NCBI GenBank assembly: GCA_002269645.1
Contig: NIVC01002659.1
Span: 87,912 to 151,911 of the forward strand
Length of the DNA stretch: 64,000 nt
Direction of reading: 5' to 3'
From: Macrostomum lignano
Taxonomy: Eukaryota
Position 1 is the stretch's first letter, and every line of letters begins with the position of its first letter. The notes under the pieces are model-generated. The model made no database searches. It worked only from the letters and a program-made list of their open reading frames with translations, and was not told the DNA's origin. Positions 24,138-37,700 of the stretch are shown in pieces. A program made the translations under genes and the position numbers.

Positions 24138-24309
24138 GCTGGAGCATGCGCGACTTGAAGGAAAACTTCAACAAATCTATAAAGAATTTCTAGTTGAATT
24201 TTTTTAACAATTAGCAACATACGCTCGTATTATCAATATTCACACCTCAAAGGTTTCCAATCTGCGTATTTTAAGCGGAAAGGAAAAGTACTTAGTGTAC
24301 TTTTGTTAC

Positions 24310-24710
24310 AGAATATGTTGCAGAATATGTTGCAGAATATGTTGCAGAATATGTTGCAGAATATGTTGCAGAATATGTTGCAGAATATGTTGCAGAATAT
24401 GTTGCAGAATATGTTGCAGAATATGTTGCAGAATATGTTGCAGAATATGTTGCAGAATATGTTGCAGAATATGTTGCAGAATATGTTGCAGAATATGTTG
24501 CAGAATATGTTGCAGAATATGTTGCAGAATATGTTGCAGAATATGTTGCAGAATATGTTGCAGAATATGTTGCAGAATATGTTGCAGAATATGTTGCAGA
24601 ATATGTTGCAGAATATGTTGCAGAATATGTTGCAGAATATGTTGCAGAATATGTTGCAGAATATGTTGCAGAATATGTTGCAGAATATGTTGCAGAATAT
24701 GTTGCAGAAT
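24310..24710. repeat. 12-bp minisatellite (GAATATGTTGCA)n
   Basis: About 33 identical copies. Confidence 0.98.
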
Positions 24711-26297
24711 GGATTTACCCCCGGTTCGCCGAAATTCCTTATTTGCCGAAATTCCTCATTTGCCGAATCCCGACTTGCCGAATTCACTATTCGGCCAATT
24801 CGTACTACGTCGAATCTCTGGTAATGCCTGTGGCCTGTGCTAGCTAATAGATAAGAAATTCTTTGTTCGAACTTTGTGTATATTTTTGCTTGTTTCATTC
24901 ACTCTACTATTTCTTAAGTGACTTACTAATACTAATACTATCTCTACTAATACTTAAGAAATAGTAGAGTAAATGATAGCAAGCAAAAATGTACAAAAAG
25001 TTTGAACACTTTTGATTTGTTTTGATTTGTTTCACTCAAATAAAATTGTCAATGTTAATTGGTTTTTTAGTATGCCATCTGTTTCCATAAATGGGTCACC
25101 AAAATTCTTAAATCGGCTGCTCTGCGGACCCTATTTTGGGCCATAGACAATGAAGGGCAAGGTTTGGAAAAAGCTATGCTAAACTAGAGTCTGGTTTTTC
25201 TTTGAATGTGTAATAAAATTAAATAATACTTTTTTAAAGCTCGCATTTTCCATTCCAACTATGACTGCATTTCAATTGCTTTTTCAGTGAGCTTGAAGCT
25301 AAACCCGCTGGCACGGGCGCTAGACAATAAAATAGAATATATAAAAGGCTGCTTCAGCTGGACCTCTCGCATAAAGCAACAGAATATACTGTGTTATTAA
25401 GGCAGTCTGGCTGAGGTGGTTAAGTCAGACCAGCAAGACTGCAGCACACGCACTGCACAAACTGCTGTTGTAAGGTCAAAATGTACTTTCTTATCGAAGC
25501 CGAAAGCGGAGATTCCGGATAAACATCATCTAGTAGGGAAGCTGGCGATTCACCCGAAGGCATCCCTACGACTGGCCGCTCTGCCTGCCGCGCATTTTGC
25601 ACTTTTAGCTTCGGCGAACTGCAGCTTGACCGCGCGGTTCCTTCCTGATTTGAGGGGGGGGGCAAGGCAGCAGAATTCGGCAACGATTCGGTTTTCATTT
25701 TTCACAAGTTTCTTCCCTTGCATAACTGTGGAAGGTCGCAATCTATAAACGGCAGTAAACACACCGCATCATTAATTATATAAACCTTTACCAGTCTACT
25801 TAAAGTAGCGCACAGAGCAGCTACTTTATCCTCTGAAACTTGATACTTTATTTTACTTGTCTTTGCTAAAGTTTTTTCCTGCATTTCTCTGCGTGTGGTC
25901 CTCTGGCTTAGCGAAGCCGTCATCCCGGAATCCCCAGCATGCGACTTTACCGCGCAGACAGCAGCCCGGATCTGCAGCCGGTCTTGTTTCCTCTCCCGCG
26001 GCTGTCGGCAGCGCCCCCCCCCCCGCTTCTTCCACCACCAACTTCATTCCCGCGCCTCCAACTCTTCAAAGCTCCGACTCAAATCCCGTGTGTGCCCAGT
26101 AACCCGAGAAGCTGAATTCTGCCTCATCTGAGCTGCTCTAGAGACTGAAGCTGCAGCAGCAGCAGCCATTGTGCGCTCCGCTCAGGCCTCTCCACGCTTG
26201 CTGTTAAGCTCTCATTTCAATTCTGAGCTTTTTTAGCTAAACGCCAAATTCTGGCCAAGGTGGGTTGTTTACATTTCCCAGGCTGGGGCTGCTCTGG

Positions 26298-27025
<728 letters not shown>

Positions 27026-27356
27026 GGCAGAGCACTATAAGTTCAACTGCACTAGCCTTGTCCAATACTTTCAAGGCCAGAAGGTGGCCGAGCCCATTCT
27101 TGCTAATTCTACGTAAGAAAACTTGAAATAAGATCTGAAGTGCATCTAATTAAACGCTCAACAATTGCATGGCATAACCAGTCAAAATAGTTTATAAAAA
27201 ATAAAAAAACGCTTGTAGACAGACAATTAATGGCAGATAGAAAATTAGTACAATGATAACAGAGAGAAGGAAAACAGGCAGACAGAAAGTGAGGCCAAAG
27301 TGCTAGTCTGCTGCCTGTCGTCCCCTGCATTGCAGGCATGGAGATGTGGGGACCCG

Positions 27357-27389
<33 letters not shown>

Positions 27390-27819
27390 TAGAGACGCAG
27401 CGCGGTAGAGCAGAAGGGGGAGCGGGGGTTCCATAGCGGAGAAGCCTGGAATTCTGAGCCGCTCCACCCAGTCCTAAAGCCAAGGCTGTCTGAACGGGCC
27501 ACCCCCCTGTCCGCCCAGCCGCCAGTCCGCCCCAGCCTCCGCTCTCCATCGCCTATAGCAGGTTTTACTCGCTCCGGCAAGCCTTCGCAAACTGAACGCT
27601 GCTAAGTAAAAAAGTAAAAAAAAGGAAGCGGAGAAAAGGGGTGGCGCTATAAACACAGGCTGAGAGAGCGAGTTAGCGAACATTAAGCGGCTGAGAAACA
27701 CCCCCGAGGGAGCCTTCAATCGTCGCCCCTCACTCGCTTATGAAGCGGCACGACGACTCATCAGAGAGCAATAAAATCAGCCAGCGTGCCCGGAGTCCAG
27801 CACTGCGTGCCCGAGCAGC

Positions 27820-30441
27820 ATGAGCAGCGGCCAGCGTCGGCGACAGGCCTCCGACGGTGCCGAAGAGGCCGCCGTCAGCGCCCGGCTACCGCAGGTGTCG
27901 CCGCATCGCGGCCTGCTGACCGGCGCGTCGGTCGAGTCCGCCGGCGATGATCGTCGCCAGCATCGTCGGCACCGACGTCGCGGCGTCGGAGCGAATCTCA
28001 GCGCCACGAAGTTCGACATCATCTACTTGGCCGTTGAGCGCCTCGGCTTCAGCGTCTGTCCGGATGAGGACTTCGTCACGCCCTACCTGATTTGGAGCGA
28101 CCTGGGCGTGCCGCCGGACCGAATCTCCGAGCTGCGGCCGCACCAGCGGATCAACCACTTCCCTGGCATGTCCGAGATCAGCCGCAAGGACCTGTTGAGC
28201 CGCAACATGGCCAAGCTGGCGCGGGTGCTGCCCAAAGAGTACAACTTCACGCCGAGGACTTGGTGCCTGCCAGGGGAATACAGCAGCTTCCTGCAGTACT
28301 CCAGGGAGCTACGCAAGGTCGGGAAGCTGCGCTCCTTCATCTACAAGCCGGCTAACGGAGCGATGGGCCACGGGATCAGGATTTATAAGAACGGCGAGCA
28401 GGTGCCCTGCAATGGGGTGAGCGGCGGGGGCAACGGCGGCTTCGATACCACGGGGCCAGCCATTGTGCAGGAGTACATTGCCAAACCGCTGCTGATCGAC
28501 GGCTTCAAATGCGATCTGCGCATCTACGTCCTCGTGACCTCGTGTGACCCGTTGCGCGTGTACTTTTACAATGACGGCTTGCTTCGACTGAGCACGGAGA
28601 AGTACGCCGACCCGCAGAAGTGCGAATCGGACACGCTCTACATGCACCTGACCAACTACTCGGTTAACAAGCGCAGCGAGAACTACGCCAAGGGCGACGA
28701 CGACAGCACGGGCAGCAAGCGCTCGATTCGATTCCTCAACGAGTACCTGCAGAAGCGCGACTACGACGTGCCGCTGATGTGGCGGAACATCATCGACCTG
28801 CTCGTTAAAACGATAATAGCGGTCCAGCCTCACCTGCTGCAGCATTACCGCATGTGTCGTCCGGCCTCCCCGCCCGGCTCCGACTCCGTCTGCTTCGAAA
28901 TCCTCGGCTTCGACGTGCTACTCGACCACAAGCTGAAGCCCTGGCTGGTCGAGGTCAACCGGTCGCCAAGTTTCGGCGCTGAACAGCCAATCGATCGCCG
29001 AGTGAAGCTCGGCGTCCTCGACGAGGCGCTGCGCCTGCTGAACATTCGCGCCTCGGATCGGGCGCGGCACGCCAACGCGCAGAAAGTTCAATCGCAGCGC
29101 CGGCTAATGCGTGGCCGAAGCAACGGCGCGGAGAACCAGCACCAGCACCAGCATCTGCAGCAGCTGCAGCGCGAACGCGAGCTCGTCAGGAGGCGCGAGG
29201 AGCTTCAGGCCCAGCTGGCCCGGCTCCGACGCGAGGCCGACCGAGACGAGCACGAGATTCGCACCTGTCGACGATTTCGCCGAATTTTCCCCGGCGACGA
29301 TCGGGTGAGCCAGGAGCGCTACGTCAAACTGATGTTGGCCGTGTTCGGCGCGCTGACGCCGGGGCGAGGGGCCGGCAGCGGCGCCGGCACACTGAAGGAG
29401 CTCGAAGAGCAGTACAGCTGCGAGCGACCACGGCAGGAGGAGCTCATGGATCAGCTGGCCCGATGCGAAGAGCAGCTGCAGCAGCACCAGCAGCCGCCAT
29501 CGGCTGATGCATCGGGCAAGCTGCAAAACGGCAGGCAGCATCAGAATCATCGACGACCCTGGCAGAGGCACCACCCACCGCAGTCAGTGCAGCATCGACA
29601 ATCGTCGCTGACACTCTCCGCCGACGAAGTTGACGACTCCGCTGACGACGACAGCTTCGACGACGACGACAACGACGCGGTCGAGAGCGGCGACCGCCAG
29701 ACGGAGGCGAAGCTGGAAGCTGAGGGCGCTGATGATGCATCTGGACGGTTGCCCAGCGTGTCCTCGACGCCCACGCTGACGACTTCGACGTCGACGACGA
29801 CGCCCCGACGCCGGCACACGGTGGTGGCAGCTTCCGGTGCCGGCCGGAGTCGCAGCGTTCAGGCAGACCGCAGTGGCGGCATCGGCACTGGCGACCAGCA
29901 GGAAGCGGAGCAGCTCTGCCGGCGGATGCTCGACCAGCTGAACGAGCTGTGCATCCGGTTTCCCGGAAAGTCGGCGCAGCAAGCGGAGCAAGTTCTGGCC
30001 GGGCTGCGCCAAAACTGGCGCCAAAACAAAGCTCTCGTGGCTGGCTACTGGTTGGCGAAGTTGGACGCCGACAAGAGGCGCAAAGTGATCGACATTGTGC
30101 GCCAGAATGTGCGCGCCACTCTGTCGCGCTGTTGGCGCAGCGGCGCCGACCTCGACGAGTCGCGAATTTGCCGATTATTCGACCGAGTGTTCGCCAGGCT
30201 GCTGTCCTCGAACGGCCAGGGACTCTGGGCGACGTTCGGCAATTCCGCCAGCTGGGAGTCGGCCCTGCTCAGAATGCGAGAGCCGCCGAGTCTGCCAGAG
30301 CTGGCCTGCTGCCGCCGGGTGGTGCAGCTGTGCCAGGACTGCCTGCTCACCGTGTTCCTGTTCTCCGGACAGTCAGCTGCTCCGTCGGCTGATGTCGGGG
30401 CATCTCCGTCGCACTGTCAAGAGATTCCGGCAGCCAGTTGA
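27820..30441 (+). CDS. TTLL7: Tubulin polyglutamylase TTLL7-like, intronless, 873 aa
   Basis: TTL domain motifs INHFPGMSEISRKD, KPANGAMGHGI (TTLL7-typical), IDGFKCDLRIYVLVTS, HLTNYSVNK, FEILGFDVLLD and EVNRSPSF. Confidence 0.9.
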   Translation: MSSGQRRRQASDGAEEAAVSARLPQVSPHRGLLTGASVESAGDDRRQHRRHRRRGVGANLSATKFDIIYLAVERLGFSVCPDEDFVTPYLIWSDLGVPPDRISELRPHQRINHFPGMSEISRKDLLSRNMAKLARVLPKEYNFTPRTWCLPGEYSSFLQYSRELRKVGKLRSFIYKPANGAMGHGIRIYKNGEQVPCNGVSGGGNGGFDTTGPAIVQEYIAKPLLIDGFKCDLRIYVLVTSCDPLRVYFYNDGLLRLSTEKYADPQKCESDTLYMHLTNYSVNKRSENYAKGDDDSTGSKRSIRFLNEYLQKRDYDVPLMWRNIIDLLVKTIIAVQPHLLQHYRMCRPASPPGSDSVCFEILGFDVLLDHKLKPWLVEVNRSPSFGAEQPIDRRVKLGVLDEALRLLNIRASDRARHANAQKVQSQRRLMRGRSNGAENQHQHQHLQQLQRERELVRRREELQAQLARLRREADRDEHEIRTCRRFRRIFPGDDRVSQERYVKLMLAVFGALTPGRGAGSGAGTLKELEEQYSCERPRQEELMDQLARCEEQLQQHQQPPSADASGKLQNGRQHQNHRRPWQRHHPPQSVQHRQSSLTLSADEVDDSADDDSFDDDDNDAVESGDRQTEAKLEAEGADDASGRLPSVSSTPTLTTSTSTTTPRRRHTVVAASGAGRSRSVQADRSGGIGTGDQQEAEQLCRRMLDQLNELCIRFPGKSAQQAEQVLAGLRQNWRQNKALVAGYWLAKLDADKRRKVIDIVRQNVRATLSRCWRSGADLDESRICRLFDRVFARLLSSNGQGLWATFGNSASWESALLRMREPPSLPELACCRRVVQLCQDCLLTVFLFSGQSAAPSADVGASPSHCQEIPAAS

Positions 30442-31064
30442 AACGCGAAAGGCCGAGTCTGTCAGTTGGCTTTACATACAGGGCGTCGCTTGGGTAGATG
30501 ACATTACAGTGTCCCCCTGACATCCGGTTGTGTACCTGACTGCTTTCTCGACATCCCGATCCCCATTTGCTCCCCTCCCTGACACCCAATTTTTCAAATT
30601 CCTGTCTTATAAGATTTGCTATCTATAGATGGATACAGTAAAACCGCTTTTGGAGAATCAATATCAGCTATTTTTGCTAACCGAGCGTTTAGATTGAGTC
30701 TCGATTATGCTTCACAAATTAACTGATATTGTTGCCATTCAACTTTCAATGCTTTCACATTGAGATGTTTTGTGTCATTTTTCAGCAACTTTCTTTCACA
30801 AAAGCAAATACAGAGGTGTATACATATACGTTACTTGCTATTTTTTCACGTTGTTTTCTACAATCTGCTCTGCGGTCATTCATTATTTAGAACAAGTACA
30901 TGTAGACTTTTAAATTTAAAACCACTAATTATTACTTAGATTTTGTGTACATGTAAATCTTAGATAAGTTTAAGAAGGTCCCTGGAGTGAAGACGTCAAA
31001 TTACATGTCACAACAGGCCAAAGTTGTCCTGCTGCTGTTAATGAAGAACAAGAAAAAATCTTTA

Positions 31065-33045
31065 CTTCCCGGTGATTGGACCGGATCAGCAGGCACTTCC
31101 GGTTGATAATTCCAGCTGATTGGACCAGATCAGCATGCACTTCCGGTTGAGAATTCCAGCTGATCGGACCGGATCAGCAGGCACTTCCGGTTGAGAATTC
31201 CAGCTGATCGGACCGGATCAGCAGGCACTTCCGGTTGAGAATTCCAGCTGATCGGACCGGATCAGCAGGCACTTCCGGTTGAGAATTCCAGCTGATTGGA
31301 CCAGATCAGCAGGCACTTCCGGTTGAGAATTCCAGCTGATCGGACCGGATCAGCAGGCACTTCCGGTTGAGAATTCCAGCTGATCGGACCGGATCAGCAG
31401 GCACTTCCGGTTGAGAATTCCTGCTGATCGGACCGGATCAGTAGGCACTTCCGGTTGAGAATTCCTGCTGATCGGACCGGATCAGTAGGCACTTCCGGTT
31501 GAGAATTCCTGCTGATCGGACCGGATCAGCAGGCACTTCCGGTTGAGAATTCCAGCTGATCGGACCGGATCAGCAGGCACTTCCGGTTGAGAATTCCAGT
31601 TGATTGGATCGGATTCAGTTGGCACTTCCGGTTGAGAATTCCTGCTGATCGGACCGGATCAGCAGGCACTTCCGGTTGAGAATTCCAGCTGATCGGACCG
31701 GATCAGCAGGCACTTCCGGTTGAGAATTCCAGTTGATTGGATCGGATTCAGTTGGCACTTCCGGTTGAGAATTCCAGTTGATTGGATCGGATTCAGTTGG
31801 CACTTCCGGTTGAGAATTCCAGCTGATTGGATAGGAACAGCTTGCACTTCCGGTTGAGAATTCCAGCTGATTGGACCAGATCAGCAGGCACTTCCGGTTG
31901 AGAATTCCAGCTGATCGGACCGGATCAGCAGGCACTTCCGGTTGAGAATTCCAGCTGATCGGACCGGATCAGCAGGCACTTCCGGTTGAGAATTCCTGCT
32001 GATCGGACCGGATCAGTAGGCACTTCCGGTTGAGAATTCCTGCTGATCGGACCGGATCAGTAGGCACTTCCGGTTGAGAATTCCTGCTGATCGGACCGGA
32101 TCAGCAGGCACTTCCGGTTGAGAATTCCAGCTGATCGGACCGGATCAGCAGGCACTTCCGGTTGAGAATTCCAGTTGATTGGATCGGATTCAGTTGGCAC
32201 TTCCGGTTGAGAATTCCTGCTGATCGGACCGGATCAGCAGGCACTTCCGGTTGAGAATTCCAGCTGATCGGACCGGATCAGCAGGCACTTCCGGTTGAGA
32301 ATTCCAGTTGATTGGATCGGATTCAGTTGGCACTTCCGGTTGAGAATTCCAGTTGATTGGATCGGATTCAGTTGGCACTTCCGGTTGAGAATTCCAGCTG
32401 ATTGGATAGGAACAGCTTGCACTTCCGGTTGAGAATTCCAGTTGATTGGATCGGATTCAGTTGGCACTTCCGGTTGAGAATTCCAGCTGATTGAACCGGA
32501 ACAGCTTGCACTTCCGGTTGAGAATTCCAGCTGATTGGATCGGAACAGCTTGCACTTCCGGTTGAGAATTCCAGCTGATCGGACCGGATCAGCAGGCACT
32601 TCCAGTTGAGAATTCCAGCTGATTGGATAGGAACAGCTTGCACTTCCGGTTGAGAATTCCAGTTGATTGGATCGGATTCAGTTGGCACTTCCGGTTGAGA
32701 ATTCCAGCTGATTGAACCGGAACAGCTTGCACTTCCGGTTGAGAATTCCAGCTGATTGGATCGGAACAGCTTGCACTTCCGGTTGAGAATTCCAGTTGAT
32801 TGGATCGGAACAGCTTGCACTTCCGGTTGAGAATTCCAGTTGATTGGATCGGATTCAGTTGGCACTTCCGGTTGAGAATTCCAGCTGATTGGACCGGAAC
32901 AGCTTACACTTCCGGTTGAGAATTCCAGCTGATTGGATCGGAACAGCTTGCACTTCCGGTTGAGAATTCCAGCTGATCGGACCGGATCAGCAGGCACTTC
33001 CGGTTGGGAATTCCAGCTGATTGGACCGGAACAGCTGGCACTTCT
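31065..33045. repeat. 44-bp minisatellite (GCACTTCCGGTTGAGAATTCCAGCTGATCGGACCGGATCAGCAG)n
   Basis: About 45 copies with several recurring variants and larger block duplications. Confidence 0.97.
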
Positions 33046-34132
33046 GGGTGGTCTAACTGACAAGTTTAAATCTGAACGACTCTGCACTTTATTCGAGTCA
33101 AAATTCAGCGGTCAGAGCAAGGATTTCAACTAAGAAAAACAAATCATATAGGATATATAGGATATATAGGTTGCACTCACAGCGTAATTAGATTTCATAT
33201 TAATTTATTATTCACAATAAAACATCGTTCTCGCCGTTTTAGAAGTAAAGGTTATAGCAATTAAGCAATTGCTCGTTAAAGCATTGGAGGAACTGTAACT
33301 AATGATCAGTGATTCAACAATGAGATTTATTAACAATAATAGTTATAATTAATTAATTTAATCATTTTAAAGCTACTAAAAATCGCAACAGCTTCAGAAA
33401 AAACACACAACGATTTCTAATAGATAAATAGAGATTTGTAAAATAACTTTATATTAAAAACAGCGCACACTACTTGTAGTAGGCAGAACACGCGCACAAA
33501 AAAGAGAAAAAATCATAAAATTTAATTTTTGCTGGTTTGGGAATTAAAAAAGCTGATTAAAAAAAACTGGATTAGCAGGTGCGAGCCTTTCAATCGAAGG
33601 AATTGTGCCAAGAAGTCGGGAGTTCTTGATCAATAACAATTTAATTATACACAGAAAAAACTGTTTGTATAAAATTTGATTTCAGAAGAGCATACAGCAA
33701 ATTTGTTGTTGCTGCCAGCAATGTTCATAGTGCGGATTGAATATCAGAACTCTCTACAGCCAAAAATTAGAGCAAGCAGATGAAATAAACTGCCACCTTC
33801 ACGCAGGTCGGGCTACGGTTGATCAACGTTCGACGATCAAAACTTGGCCATAGAGAAGCGAGATTCGAACCCGGGCCGGCCAAGGGTCCCGACCAGCAGC
33901 AGCCGCCCAAACCTCTTGTCAGAATTTCATCTCCGAGGCTCGGTGGCCAAAAGCCATGGCGCCACCGGCTGGGCGGCTTCAACGTCGGAGGAGACAAAAA
34001 ACGAAAAAAAAACATTTTGACGCAAACCAACAGGGTTGCGGCCGCGGGTTCTTGTCGCATCTGGCCGAGATTCGAACTTCGAACTTCTTATTAATCTATT
34101 CTAAAATCTTGTAATGATCAATTTTAGTACAA

Positions 34133-34395
34133 CCCGTAACTAGAGTAATTATAGCCGTTGCTAAGGGAAGCTATCGCCTCGACGCATTCCGTAACTAAGG
34201 TAATTATATTGGTTGCTAAGGGAAGCTATCGCCTTGAGGCAACCCGTAACTAAGGTAATTATATTGGTTGCTAAGGGAAGCTATCGCCTCGGGGCAACCC
34301 GTAACTAAGGTAATTATATTGGTTGCTAAGGGAAGCTATCGCCTTGAGGCAACCCGTAACTAAGGTAATTATATTGGTTGCTAAGGGAAGCTATC
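34133..34395. repeat. 55-bp tandem repeat (..GTAACTAAGGTAATTATATTGGTTGCTAAGGGAAGCTATCGCC..)
   Basis: About 5 copies downstream of the Argonaute stop codon. Confidence 0.9.
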
Positions 34396-34747
34396 AACAT
34401 AGACGGTTAAAAAAATCACACGCAATTAAGCTAAACAAACGCGGTTGCTAAGGAGAAAAGTACATAAAGAAGGGATAAAAGACGCGCTGTCGCCATTGCA
34501 ATAACAATAACACTACCACACACAACAGTTAAAAAAATTGACGCATTTTTATGGTAATCAAAAGTGATCAGAAAAAATGAATAGATACAAACAAATAAAA
34601 ACAATGTGAATTTATACACTGACGCTGCCCAAAAGCTAAAATATGAAGACTGGGCTGGTTTAATTATTGTTGTTAACAGTGGGCAAAAAAATTCTCTAGT
34701 GAATAAATAGCAGTTGAGTTGATTTTTACAGAATCAAAAACCCTCCT

Positions 34748-37700
34748 TCAAGCGAAGTACATGACCCGCATGGTCTCGGGGTGCACGGTGACCGCACGCA
34801 GCATGGCGGTAGGGGTCCGCTCGTCCGAGTTGCCGCTCTTCTGCGAGCCTTCGCCCGAGTCGACCTCCTTCTCAACCAGGTGGTAGCGAGCCCGGAAGGC
34901 CACCAGGTGAGCATAGTAGGCTGGAGCCGGGATGCTCACGGAGCGGGTGCAGCGGACATAGGTATGACACAGCTGGTAGGTCAGCACCTGCAGCTCATCG
35001 GCTGAGAACTTGTTGTCGTCCCACAATACGTGATAGTGCGATGGCCGGCTGGTGCCCTGCAGGTTCGGGTTGGGGATTCGTTTTTATTACACACACGGTT
35101 ACTATGGAGATTATTGTAGTTACATCCGCTGTTAAGTGACGTAACTATGGTAATTAGACAATGCAGCTTGATACGTTGCCGACATAAAGATTAATAAATT
35201 GAGATGTAACTAAGATAAACAAAAGTCGTTTCTAAGATGGAAAACACAGATTTTAACAGTCGTAACTAGGGTAAACAAAATACTTTGGTAAGATAGAAAA
35301 CACCAACTAAGGTAAACAAAATTCGTTGCTGAGATAGAAGACAGATTTAAACATTCGTAACTAAGGTAAACAAAGGCCGTTGCTAAGATGAGGAAGACAC
35401 ATGTAAAAAACGCAACTAAGGTAAACAAAATTCATTGCTAAGATGAGGAAGACAGATTTAAGCAGCCGTAACTAAGGTAAACAAAGTTCGTTGTTAAGAT
35501 AGAAGACGATTTAAACAGTCGTAACTAAGGTAAACAAAAGCCGTTGCTAAGATGAGGAAGACACATTTAAAAAACGTAACTAAGGTAAACAAAATTCATT
35601 GCTAAGATGAGAAAGACATATTTAAGCAGCCGTAACTAAGGTAAACAAAGTTCGTTGTTAAAATAGAAGACAGATTTAAACAGTCGTAACTAAGGTAAAC
35701 AAAGGCCGTTGCTAAGATGAGGAAGACACATGTAAAAAACGCAACTAAGGTAAACAAAATTCATTGCTAAGATGAGGAAGACAGATTTAAGCAGCCGTAA
35801 CTAAGGTAAACAAAGTTCGTTGTTAAGATAGAAGACGATTTAAACAGTCGTAACTAAGGTAAACAAAAGCCGTTGCTAAGATGAGGAAGACACATTTAAA
35901 AAACGTAACTAAGGTAAACAAAATTCATTGCTAAGATGAGAAAGACATATTTAAGCAGCCGTAACTAAGGTAAACAAAGTTCGTTGTTAAGATAGAAGAC
36001 AGATTTAAACAGTCGTAACTAAGGTAAACAAAAGCCGTTGCTAAGATGAGGAAGACACATTTAAAAAACGTAACTAAGGTAAACAAAATTCATTGCTAAG
36101 ATGAGAAAGACAGGTTTTAACAGCCGTAACTAAGGCAAACAAAAGCCGTTGCTAAGCACAGCAACAGAAGACTTGCCTGAATGCCAGCGTGGCTGCACAG
36201 ATAGAAGTCGAACTCGGTGGGATGAGTAATCGTCTGATCAACGGTGGTGCCAGCCGGGATGTTGCCGCTGCGGCCAGTCTTGTCCTTGGCGTCGGCGCAG
36301 AACAGGCGAGTGTGATGGCGCTTCTGCACGGCGATGAAGGTTATGCCGGGCTGGTAGCCCAGCTCCAGCCTGGTGCAGGCCTCGCGCAGTGCCCGAAGCT
36401 CATGGGACTGAACAGCTTGGAACTGGCCTTCGCTAACGCCGTCTCGATAGTACACAATCCTAGTAGGCTTGAACCGGGTGCTGCGATAAAAGTGCAACAG
36501 CAATTCCCGGACCATGGTGCACAGTTCGGTGATCTTCTCTTCACGATGGCCTTGAACTCGAACGCTGGCGGCATAACGGCTGGGATGGGCGTCCATGCTG
36601 GCAACCACGGCTGCGATGGAGGGCTTGGTTCGGTCTCCGGCTGGCGGATGCGTCACGTCGCCGCCAAGGAAGATGACCGGCTCACGAAACACTGGCGGAC
36701 GAACGCCCGGCACCAGGATGGAGTTGATGCCGCCGAGCTTGACGTTGATCTTCAGGCAGAGGTTGCTCAGCGTCTGCGGCGATGTTTTATTAACGTTGCG
36801 AGCCTGCACGCACTGGGTGGCCAGGCCGAACATGATGTCCCCCACTCGCTTCACCTCGGCGTACACCTGCGAGGAGGGGCGAGGAGGGTGATAATGTTAA
36901 TTGGGCAGACATTTAGGGAATAAATTCAGTCAGTCAGTCAGTCAGTCAGTCAGTCAGTCAGTCAGTCAGTCAGTCAGTCAGTCAGTCATTCAGTCAGTCA
37001 ATCAGTCAGCGGTCTCTGGAGCCGCAGCATTGTGTAGCCATAGCTACTTTAATTTGGGACACGTGTACAAAAAGTGGCTTGAAGATAAGAGTAAATAACA
37101 CAAACAAAATAATTGCTTAATAAGCCACTAACCGGAGTCTTGCCGGGCAGCACCACCACAATGAGCTGCAGTCCGTGAAACATATTCTTCAGATAGCGGA
37201 ACATCGGCTCCACCTGGTCCTGGCCGTTGGCGTACTTGCAGAAGCAGGGCTGACCGGTGATGGCCATGCCGGCATCCTGGCTGATCCGCTGCAGCTGCTG
37301 GGTGAACTGCCTCAGCGAGTCCTCGCGCACCGTGCGCTGGGCGGCGAAACAGGCGATGGCCCAGACTTTGATCTCGATGCCGGCAAAGAACTGCTTGCCG
37401 CGCATGTCCCAAACCCCCTGCTGGGGCAGCGCCTGGGCCCGGGTGCGGCCGCCGTATTGGATCTTTGGTGCCGGTAGGACCCGGCCACCGATGTCGGCCA
37501 TGCGGGTCTGGACCTGGACAAATGTGCACAGATTTTTTGTGAAACTATTTATACAATCATACTCACGCAATCCTCCCCTGATTTTCACAGGCCATGTGAC
37601 TTAATTATGAAAGAAAACTAAGAAAAAATTCACGTATTTTTAAGTAAACGGCTGGAGTAACTATAGCACACAGCCCCCTGCCTCTATCTAAAAAAGGATC

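Noticed and set aside
31065-33045. CRISPR-like constant/variable periodicity
   Set aside because: The variable parts are a few recurring homologous variants, not unique spacers. There are no cas genes and the context is eukaryotic.
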